From: an uncultured delta proteobacterium
GTDB taxonomy: Bacteria > Desulfobacterota > Desulfobacteria > Desulfobacterales > QNYZ01
Length of the DNA stretch: 64,000 nt
Direction of reading: 5' to 3'
Assembly (NCBI GenBank): GCA_963845145.1
Contig: CAWJQU010000016.1
Location: 4,329 to 68,328 of the forward strand
Numbering within the stretch: the first letter of the stretch is position 1; each line of letters opens with the position of its first letter. The translations under genes and the position numbers were made by a program. Under the pieces are notes generated by a model. That model had not been told where the DNA came from. It saw only the letters and a program-made list of their open reading frames with translations, and made no database searches. Positions 45,901 through 53,874 of this stretch are shown piece after piece.

Positions 45901-46931
45901 CTTGTTCGAATTCGTCCGGGAAAAGAATAAGGGCGGGGTCAGCTCCGTCACCGGTAACCCGTCCATGAACGCTGGCCGAGGATTTATGCAGCAAGACGAG
46001 GCGAAGATCCCGAAGCCGTTCGGCAATCGTGCCCACGGCCTGGTTTACAAAAGCGGAAACCTCGGCCATGGGGTCGGGATTAACGACACCCATGGCCTGT
46101 TGCAGCGCTTTGTCGTCTAGTTGGTCGCAAAATTGGGTCATCCCCTTAATCAGATCACATTTGGTGATGAGAATGTAGACCGGAAATTTTGTCCCCAGTA
46201 TCCGCATGAGCTCGTCGATACGCTTGCGGATACTCCGGCCGGTTTCTTCCAGTTGTTCGGCACCTAATTGGAGTAGGTTGTCTGCCGCTACCGTTACGAC
46301 TAATCCATTTAAGGGCTCTTTCTTTCTAAACTTGGCCAGGAGGGATAAGAATTGGTGCCATTCATCCCGATCACGGCCTTCGTCTACGGGGACGGCATAT
46401 CGACCGGCCGTATCGAGTAACACCGCCTGTTCAAAAAACCACCAATCACAATTTCGGGTGCCGGAAATCCCGGATATTCGGCTGACTTCGGCAAACGAGG
46501 ATGAGAGGCCCGCATTTTTAATGGCTGTGGTTTTGCCAGAGCCGCTTTCGCCGATGACCAGATACCATGGTAGGACGTACAGCGGATTACCGTATTGTTT
46601 TAGATGCGAGGCTTTAAGGGTTTCGACAGCCTCTTTCCAACGTGACTGAAGATCGCGAAGACGTTCGGTATCGCCCACATCCGCATGTTTTAGCGAGGCT
46701 TCATCTTGGGCAATGACCTGGTTGACAAAATGTTTCTCCCTTCGTCGCAAAAAAAGCCTTCGAATAAACCAAAGGATCAATATAAACCCTATGAGTGCCG
46801 GCCAGGATGAACCCGCCCATCCACCAGGGCCATCCCAAGGTCAATACAAGGCCGAATACGACTAGACCGATGAGTAGTATCAGCGTAATCAACAAAAAGA
46901 TTTTTAGTAATTTAATCAAGAGCGCTTTCAT
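42982..46931 (-). CDS. tssM: T6SS membrane complex protein TssM (IcmF), read as three ORFs (two apparent frameshifts)
   Basis: ORF 46701..46931 encodes TM1 and part of TM2 ('LLITLILLIGLVVFGLVLTLGWPWWMGGFILAG'). ORF 44885..46780 holds the P-loop 'GESGSGKTT' and TM3 'LTAWVTVIIALCGLLSF'. ORF 42982..44829 is the periplasmic C-terminal part. ATG 44829 has no RBS, and its frame is open back to 44898. Confidence 0.85.
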
Positions 46932-46940
46932 CTCGGATAC

Positions 46941-47618
46941 CTATAAAACAAATCCCTGACCAACATTGTTTAAAATAAATCGATAGATAAAGAAAAGTAC
47001 ACCGAAAAGAATGACCGGGAAACCGACACAAAAAAGGGTAAAAAAGGAGAACAGGCCACTTTTTGTATGCGATGCCATCGGCATTTCGGTTGCGGTGGGA
47101 TACGCTTCGGAAAATAAAAGGGTACCATTGACAGATGGCGGCCCCACGGCGCTTCCGGTTAACAGTTTCAGATTTGATGTTTGAAGTTGATCAAGTAGAT
47201 ATTCATCACCGTCGTGGCAATAGCGGCCCATGAATCCGAGGGCCAGACAAAGATAGTAGACCTCGCGAACATCCCGCTGATGGGGACCTAACGTGTTTAA
47301 ACGTTCGAAAAAAAGTTCGCCGGCATCGGTGGTCTGAAAATAAATCCGTTGGAGTTGTTCGCTCTGCCACCGGTTTTTATGGGACCAATTTGAGCTTAAA
47401 ATCACCTCATCCACCCAGGCAAAGACGGCAAAACGGGCCTGGTCGTAGTCATCTGCCGATGACCTGCTTTGAGCGACCCGGTTTTGGCTCACAGCAATGA
47501 ACCGCTCAATATCATTTTTGACTTGATCGTATGGGGGTTGGCGTTCGCCGGCCGACCTTTTAAAGTAAGCGACATAAGCCACCAGCTCGATAAAACAGTC
47601 CATCAAGCGCATGATCAA
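46941..47618 (-). CDS. tssL: T6SS membrane complex protein TssL (DotU family), no peptidoglycan-binding extension
   Basis: 'FIELVAYVAYF..ARFAVFAWVDEVILSS..LQRIYFQTTDAGELFFERL..REVYYLCLALGFMGRY' plus a C-terminal TM. Confidence 0.92.
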   Translation of the reverse strand: MIMRLMDCFIELVAYVAYFKRSAGERQPPYDQVKNDIERFIAVSQNRVAQSRSSADDYDQARFAVFAWVDEVILSSNWSHKNRWQSEQLQRIYFQTTDAGELFFERLNTLGPHQRDVREVYYLCLALGFMGRYCHDGDEYLLDQLQTSNLKLLTGSAVGPPSVNGTLLFSEAYPTATEMPMASHTKSGLFSFFTLFCVGFPVILFGVLFFIYRFILNNVGQGFVL

Positions 47619-49000
47619 TCTCTCCCTGATACCATTAACTCGATTTTTAAATCTTCCGGCGCAGTATCCCAGAATAGGGCAATGTTATTAAATCGGGTAA
47701 CGTTTTGCCATTGATCACCATGCAAATCGACTTGCAGATAGGTGGCCCTTGACCGGCGTGGGAGTTCCTGAGGTGGTGCGGGTAAATGGGTTAGCTGGAT
47801 TCCCGGCAGCGCCCTGGCAATCAGTATCGGTAAGGATTCTTTGGCGCTCAGTTTTCCCGTTGTGGACAAGGATTTTGTTAACGAGGCCTGTTCCATTTCG
47901 GTATCCAGAACCAGGTAGAACCGGTTCCGTCCCTCAAACATCTTGGGATTTAAATCTGCCGCAAAGTATGTGCCATCATAGATTAGCTGGATGATATACT
48001 CCGGCCCGGCGGTGATTTCATCCAATAACCGAATAATGACCGATCGGGCCGCCGAGAAACATTCCCACAGGCGACGATGGTCATAAGCGGGTATCTCGAA
48101 TGAACCATCGGCCATGTCTCCCATGGCGCTGACCTGATTGGAAAATGACGACAATTCGCCGATCGCCTGGCGTAAAAGGCCGTAAACCGCCCACGGATGG
48201 ACATGGGGGGTGTCGGTGACATGAAAAAGGAACGGCGCATAACGATTGAGTGTTCGCAATGCCAGGAGGTAGACCATGTCCCGGGCGCCGAATTCCGCGG
48301 TATGAATTCCCCGTTCCTGTTTGTATGCCTCAAGCTGGCGACCGCGCGCGGCAATTTGGTCCCGGATTTCTTTGATCAAATTGATCAGTGTCGGCGTTGT
48401 ATCCAGCGTTAAAGCAGGTGGGATGTATGCTTCGGATAGCCCAATGCTATCACCCGTGCGTATCAGTTTCGCTACTGGCAGAGTGACGTAGTCATCGGCT
48501 TGATCTATTTCCGTTTCCCAGAATAGCTTCAATACATAGTAGAGGCGTTTTACGTTAGCTGGCGGGCTCTCTTCATATAGGCTTTGAATCTCCTCAGGGT
48601 CTGTGGTTGTGACATAACGGGTCCCGATATCGGAAATATTGTCCAGACTGGGAATGACCGTGACATTTTCGCCAGCCCGATCTAGTTTCCTTAAACCGAG
48701 ATAGACGGTAAATGGTTTGCTCCCGTCGATCCACCCTTCCTCAAAAGATCTGGACTCAAAAAGCGTATTCCCCGGATAAACCAGATGGGTGTTGTCCGAA
48801 AGAACCAGTTCACAACTGTTGATGTCAAATAAAAAATTCCCGAGTCCGGCGTTGGCGATTTGGATCCCGCCAATCCCCCAAAAATGGGGCGCCATGAATC
48901 GATGAATGGGGGAAAGCAGAGAACGAAAAAATTGATTCTCCAATTGGAGGTGCTGGGGCTGAAGAAAGAGCCCTTCATGCCAGAAGACTGGTTTGTCCAT
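47615..49000 (-). CDS. tssK: T6SS baseplate protein TssK
   Basis: 'MDKPVFWHEGLFLQPQHLQLENQFF', 461 aa. ATGA overlap with tssL. Confidence 0.93.
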   Translation of the reverse strand: MDKPVFWHEGLFLQPQHLQLENQFFRSLLSPIHRFMAPHFWGIGGIQIANAGLGNFLFDINSCELVLSDNTHLVYPGNTLFESRSFEEGWIDGSKPFTVYLGLRKLDRAGENVTVIPSLDNISDIGTRYVTTTDPEEIQSLYEESPPANVKRLYYVLKLFWETEIDQADDYVTLPVAKLIRTGDSIGLSEAYIPPALTLDTTPTLINLIKEIRDQIAARGRQLEAYKQERGIHTAEFGARDMVYLLALRTLNRYAPFLFHVTDTPHVHPWAVYGLLRQAIGELSSFSNQVSAMGDMADGSFEIPAYDHRRLWECFSAARSVIIRLLDEITAGPEYIIQLIYDGTYFAADLNPKMFEGRNRFYLVLDTEMEQASLTKSLSTTGKLSAKESLPILIARALPGIQLTHLPAPPQELPRRSRATYLQVDLHGDQWQNVTRFNNIALFWDTAPEDLKIELMVSGRD

Positions 49001-49003
49001 TGG

Positions 49004-49555
49004 TTATTGCGCTCCTTTGGATTTAATTTCGATACCCTTTATTTGTTGATCACCGAAAATGATCCCCAGATTAAGCTTTCCGACGCGAGTGGTGGTTTTG
49101 CTTCCCATAAATCCATGCTTTTCCGTTATAACGGGAAAATCCACAACCCGGATGATTCGTTTTTTCTGCAGCAAATAATAGCCCGCCACGATAGCCAGAT
49201 GGCGGGCCCCCTCTATGCGGTCAATCAACAGGTTTAAATTATCGCCCGGGTGGATGATAAGCCTTTTGGTGTCTGCGACGGTTGCATCAAACGGCCGACA
49301 TTCAAGCAATTTGTAACGCCCCTCGATTTCTTCGGCCAAAGAGTTAAAAGCCGTTTTTCGCCTGAGTTGGTAAATACAGATCATTAGCGTATGGGCTTTA
49401 CCGGCATGTAGATTTAATTTGGCATCGGCGTGGATCTGTAAGTGGATGGCTTCGCGTTCATATCTCCATTGGGGGACGGGCGGCGGTTGGTGTGCGCAGG
49501 AAAGGATTAAAATCGGCAGAATCATCATACTCAGGAGATAAACGCCTTTTTTCAA
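49004..49555 (-). CDS. tssJ: T6SS outer-membrane lipoprotein TssJ (SciN/VasD)
   Basis: I place the start at TTG 49555, 6 nt after AAGGAGG. '(M)KKGVYLLSMMILPILILSCA' is a lipobox. 'IHLQIHADAKLNLHAGKAHTLMICIYQL'. Confidence 0.85.
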   Translation of the reverse strand: MKKGVYLLSMMILPILILSCAHQPPPVPQWRYEREAIHLQIHADAKLNLHAGKAHTLMICIYQLRRKTAFNSLAEEIEGRYKLLECRPFDATVADTKRLIIHPGDNLNLLIDRIEGARHLAIVAGYYLLQKKRIIRVVDFPVITEKHGFMGSKTTTRVGKLNLGIIFGDQQIKGIEIKSKGAQ

Positions 49556-49626
49556 TGGGAGCCTCCTTAAAGGTAAATGGTGGAATATAAATGAAATGTT
49601 TATCAAAAAATGAAGATATCTGTCAA

Positions 49627-50367
49627 TCAGATCCTAAAATGCCGACTACAGCTTTTTTCAAATGCCCTTAACAACTTTTTCTCAAATTGGTCTGACTCAA
49701 ACCAACGACGGCAACGATCATGTTTTTCTTTAATGGCATTAAGTATCTTTTTTTTCCGTAAAGGCCCCATATAGCTGTTTTCAAGGGTATTTGGGTCCAA
49801 CTCGGCCAAAACCTCATCCATCACGTCTCGAACGGCCGTTTTCATCGCCTCCTGAGAAGTTAAAAATGCCTGCTCGATCTGCCCCAGATACGCAACCATT
49901 GAAGACGACGATGACTGGTTTGCGACACTCTGGCCGATAAATCCCCGGATGGTTTCCTCTTGGGAGGATGTGCCCGTAAGGGTTGTGTTGATAACCGTGA
50001 TAATTCGGTTTAAAGTATCAAAGATTGTATTTAAAGCCTGGACCAGTGATTCTAACTGGGCTTTCGATTCAAGGTCTGTGGTGGTGGCCTTTTTCCCCAG
50101 AAGCAAGGGGAACAGTTTGGTAATGATATCGTTTTGAATTCCGGTTTCATCGGGCGATTTGTCCTGTGGTCGCTGATGGGGGGAGTGGTCGTTTTCCGCC
50201 AATTGTGATGCGACCTGCTGGACACGTTCTATTCGTGCCGGCCACGAAAGTTGTTCTAGTCGGTTATTTAAAAACGATTCTATCCGTTGGTCTGCATCGG
50301 CGGGATAGGTTGCGTAAATCTGCCTGATTGCCATGGCGAGACTATATGGGGACGTATCGGCCGGCAC
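49627..50367 (-). CDS. Hypothetical T6SS-operon protein occupying the usual tagH position but lacking an FHA domain
   Basis: GTG 50367 lies 1 nt after the upstream TAA, with AAGGA 9 nt upstream. 246 aa. The C-terminus 'GPLRKKKILNAIKEKHDRCRRWFESDQFEKKLLRAFEKSC' vaguely recalls the TagH C-terminal region (weak, from memory). Confidence 0.6.
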   Translation of the reverse strand: MPADTSPYSLAMAIRQIYATYPADADQRIESFLNNRLEQLSWPARIERVQQVASQLAENDHSPHQRPQDKSPDETGIQNDIITKLFPLLLGKKATTTDLESKAQLESLVQALNTIFDTLNRIITVINTTLTGTSSQEETIRGFIGQSVANQSSSSSMVAYLGQIEQAFLTSQEAMKTAVRDVMDEVLAELDPNTLENSYMGPLRKKKILNAIKEKHDRCRRWFESDQFEKKLLRAFEKSCSRHFRI

Positions 50368-50368
50368 C

Positions 50369-52000
50369 TTATTTTTCCTTTTTTTGGTTCGGTTTTGGTT
50401 TGACGATAATGGTTTCGGCTAAATGGTCATCGGTTTTGTTGAAGGTAAAGCGTTTGCCTACCGAACCATCCGGTATCTTTTCGGGCCATATCGATTGCGC
50501 GGGCTTTGCCGAGGGTGCCTTTCTGGATTCCGGTTGGCTGTTTTCGCCCGGTCGAACGATAATGGTTTCCGGGAGGATGGCAGCTTTGTCTCCCCGTGGA
50601 CGCTTTTGATCCAAGTCCTTGTTTTTGAGCGCAGAGAGGCTCGAATGATTAATTGCATTCTCATTTGCTTTGGGCCAAATATCATCTTGGGCTAATGATC
50701 TGGTATTCACGATGATGGTCTCAGGTATTTGCGGGTCCTTTTGAATGCCATCGGAAATGTTCGTTGGGATACCTGGTTGTATTAAGGAAGATCGATCCGC
50801 CCCTTCGGGCTTTGGAATTCCATCAGAATGAACGATGATGGTTTCATCCATATCTGGATTATCCGCAATGTCATTTTGAGCCGAGGGGACCGTTGGCGCA
50901 ACGAATCTTGGCTCAGGCGTTTTCGTTTGATAAGGCGTGTTGGAGATGTCGTCGGTTTCAGACGCTTTTGAGGCCTCAAACCGCCATTTGGAAAGAAGCC
51001 CGTTAAGAATTAATCGTATCGATTCGTTGGGGGCTGGTTGTGGGTCTTTTTTTATAACCGTTTTTGGCGTGGGGGGGCACGCCTCATTTGCCAATGTGTA
51101 AAGGGCGAGGTGATCGGTATCAAACGAATCAGCCCTGAAAATGAATAGCTGAAACGGGTAAAAAGCAAATGATGCTATGCGGTTCCCCACAGGTCCATCG
51201 GAAGCATGACAACCCTGGGCCTCAGAGCAAGCACGGCATGGGAACTGTTGGGTAGGCGTCGTTGAAGTGACGAGGTTCTTAAGATTAAGTATCAAGTCTG
51301 TGACGGTTTTCACGCTGTTTTTCGTTTTTATGGATGACTCACTTGTATAAAAGTCGGTCTCACCCGCTAGTTGATAGCAGGTCGGACAGAACAGATAACG
51401 TTTTAGTGATCGGGTATAGGCGTCCAAACCGGTGGTTGTCAGCATGTCGTCATCATGGCACAGGTCGAGCAATCCACCACATAAAGGACAGGGCGGGTGA
51501 AAAAATTGTTTTTTAAAGGTACAATATAAGAGTGACCGAAATGGGATGAGGCGGCCACCTGTCGTCTTTTGTGCACTTAACGGGTGAAAAATTTTATCAA
51601 AAGCGCTGTCCTGAGATAAGCGATCAAACGCCTGTTTCCAGAGTTGTTCAACCGCTGGGTTGGTCGATTCAGGCAACAGATCTTTTGGGGGATGGGGGCG
51701 ATCATTTTGAAGCAATACCAAAAGATCCACAATCTTACTACCGGCGTCGGTCTTAAGAGATGCTTTAATCGCATGGGTCAAGGGGTCCTGGAGATCAAGG
51801 GTTTCGAATGGAAAGGCGGAATTGCCCTTTTCAGAAACCTTCGGTTGTGGCATGAAGTCAATGTGGATTCCGCTCCTGCCCGAAGGAAGATAGGGCAGAA
51901 ACGTTGGGTACGCATGGGCGGGTGTGGTTTCAGAAATCGTCATGGTCCTAGCCATAAGGGGTAAGCTTTGAAAACCAAAAGAAGTAATCATCCAATACAT
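50369..52000 (-). CDS. Hypothetical zinc-ribbon protein with four C-terminal ETIIV motifs; first gene of the tssJ-side T6SS operon
   Basis: 543-aa ORF with an uncertain start (alternatives 'MARTM', 'MTISE'). 'FFHPPCPLCGG..FCPTCY' and 'FPCRACSEAQGC'. ETIIV is encoded at 50831-45, 50708-22, 50555-69 and 50402-16. Confidence 0.65.
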   Translation of the reverse strand: MYWMITSFGFQSLPLMARTMTISETTPAHAYPTFLPYLPSGRSGIHIDFMPQPKVSEKGNSAFPFETLDLQDPLTHAIKASLKTDAGSKIVDLLVLLQNDRPHPPKDLLPESTNPAVEQLWKQAFDRLSQDSAFDKIFHPLSAQKTTGGRLIPFRSLLYCTFKKQFFHPPCPLCGGLLDLCHDDDMLTTTGLDAYTRSLKRYLFCPTCYQLAGETDFYTSESSIKTKNSVKTVTDLILNLKNLVTSTTPTQQFPCRACSEAQGCHASDGPVGNRIASFAFYPFQLFIFRADSFDTDHLALYTLANEACPPTPKTVIKKDPQPAPNESIRLILNGLLSKWRFEASKASETDDISNTPYQTKTPEPRFVAPTVPSAQNDIADNPDMDETIIVHSDGIPKPEGADRSSLIQPGIPTNISDGIQKDPQIPETIIVNTRSLAQDDIWPKANENAINHSSLSALKNKDLDQKRPRGDKAAILPETIIVRPGENSQPESRKAPSAKPAQSIWPEKIPDGSVGKRFTFNKTDDHLAETIIVKPKPNQKKEK

Positions 52001-52190
52001 AAGCTTTTTTTCCTTTCAAGGCAATACGCAAACAAATGGGGTGGCTTTGGCGGAGAGGCTTGGGGTTGATCCCCGAAAGGTGGCGCTATCCTGTGCGCGG
52101 CAATTTTTAATACGGCCATTCTTGACTTGCCAGATATGATGAAGTACATCCTTGCCTAACCTTAATATACAAAATGGGCTGAAAATAGAG

Positions 52191-52778
52191 ATGAAACGTA
52201 CCGCGACAATCACACGTCAGACCAAAGAGACCGACATCCGCCTTGAGTTTAATTTAGATGGTGCCGGTAAGGCCGATATCGATACCGGCATCCCCTTCTT
52301 CGATCACATGCTGACGCTTTTTACCGCCCATGGCTTTTTTGATTTAACGATTGCCGGAAAGGGTGATATCGAGGTTGATTTCCATCATATGGTGGAAGAT
52401 GTTGGACTGGTTTTAGGCGACGCTCTGGCCGAGGCCGTAGGGACTAAAAAAGGAATTCGGCGTTTCGGTCATGCCGTAACCCCCATGGATGAAGCCTTAA
52501 GCGATGTTACGATCGATTTGTCCAATCGTCCCTATATGGTTTTTGATGTACCGATTGAGGGGCGGTCCGGCCAATTTTTTGATACGGCCCTGGCCAAGGA
52601 GTTTTTTAAAAGTTTTGCCTCCCGGGCGACCATGAATCTTCATATCAGACTGCCCTATGGCGAAAACGAGCATCATATCGTTGAGTCGATTTTTAAATCG
52701 GTTGGTCGAGCCCTGGATCAGGCCACCCAGCCTGATGAACGTGTCATCGGGGTTCGTTCTACCAAGGGCGCCTTATGA
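52191..52778 (+). CDS. hisB: Imidazoleglycerol-phosphate dehydratase
   Basis: 'MKRTATITRQTKETDIRLEFNLDG..IPFFDHMLTLFTAHGFFDL..DFHHMVEDVGLVLG'. I prefer ATG 52191 to the track's TTG 52152. Confidence 0.93.
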   Translation: MKRTATITRQTKETDIRLEFNLDGAGKADIDTGIPFFDHMLTLFTAHGFFDLTIAGKGDIEVDFHHMVEDVGLVLGDALAEAVGTKKGIRRFGHAVTPMDEALSDVTIDLSNRPYMVFDVPIEGRSGQFFDTALAKEFFKSFASRATMNLHIRLPYGENEHHIVESIFKSVGRALDQATQPDERVIGVRSTKGAL

Positions 52779-52869
52779 TATTTGCCGCCGACCTTTTTTT
52801 GGGGGACCCATTCGGGACGATTTTAATCGGTGGGATCACGCTAATAATAAGAAATGGAAGTTGCCATAA

Positions 52870-53601
52870 ATGATTATCATCCCTGCTGTTGATATTCGTC
52901 AGGGTAAATGTGTGCGTCTGCGCCAGGGGCGCCAGGATCAAGAAACGGTTTTTTCAGATGATCCGGCGGCGATGGCCCTGCGTTGGGCCGATGCCGGTGC
53001 CCGTCTTATTCATGTTATCGATCTGGATGGGGCTTTCAATCAGCGGCCCCAAAATCTCGAGGCGATTAAAAAAATTGTTAGCAGCATCGATACGCCCATT
53101 CAGGTCGGCGGTGGCATTCGGGACGCCCGGACCATCGAAACCTACATGACCCTGGGTGTGGCCAAAGTGATCATCGGGACGGAAGCGATTCGCAATCCCG
53201 ATATGATTAAAAAAGCGGCTTTGGACTATCCGGGCCGTATTGTTGTGGCCATTGATGCGCGTGACGGCAAAGTCGCCATTGAAGGGTGGACTGAAACCAC
53301 ACAGGCATCGGCCATCGACCTGGCCAAAAAATTTGAAGATTGCGGCGTGGCCGCCATTAATTTTACGGATATTCATCGGGATGGCATGCAGACCGGGCCG
53401 AATATCGAGCAAACCCGCCACCTGGCCGAATCCATCAACGTGCCTGTGGTTGCCTCCGGAGGCGTGGCGACTTTAAACGATATAAAAAACCTTTTGCCCC
53501 TTGAAGCTGTGGGTGTTACCGGCGTTATTACTGGCAATGCCCTGTATAGCGGCTCTCTGGATTTGAAGGCGGCGATTGCCCTTGCTGAAACAGGGGGCTG
53601 A
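52870..53601 (+). CDS. hisA: ProFAR isomerase HisA
   Basis: 'MIIIPAVDIRQGKCVRLRQG..IHVIDLDGA..VGGGIR..ASGGV'. Confidence 0.93.
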   Translation: MIIIPAVDIRQGKCVRLRQGRQDQETVFSDDPAAMALRWADAGARLIHVIDLDGAFNQRPQNLEAIKKIVSSIDTPIQVGGGIRDARTIETYMTLGVAKVIIGTEAIRNPDMIKKAALDYPGRIVVAIDARDGKVAIEGWTETTQASAIDLAKKFEDCGVAAINFTDIHRDGMQTGPNIEQTRHLAESINVPVVASGGVATLNDIKNLLPLEAVGVTGVITGNALYSGSLDLKAAIALAETGG

Positions 53602-53718
53602 TCTGTTACCGTTATCCGGTGCATCCATTCTTGTAAACTGAACTTATGGACCGATCTTATGAACTGGTCTAATGGGCTGGGCCCCCGGTTTTTTGCGATT
53701 GAAGATCACAATCGATCC

Positions 53719-53747
53719 TTGACAAGTATGATTAAAATTATTATTAT
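53719..53747 (+). promoter_or_regulatory. Candidate sigma70 promoter upstream of dnaG-rpoD
   Basis: TTGACA (53719-24), a 17-nt spacer, then TATTAT (53742-47). Confidence 0.45.
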
Positions 53748-53874
53748 TAAGGTTTAGCTTTATAGCATTTAAGCAGTTGAAATCATACGAATTTGTTAAG
53801 GTATTTGGAGATTGTGCGGATAGGGCCGGTACCCTTATTGTTTTCGTCTATCGGCCAAATCAGTCGGCAATCAG

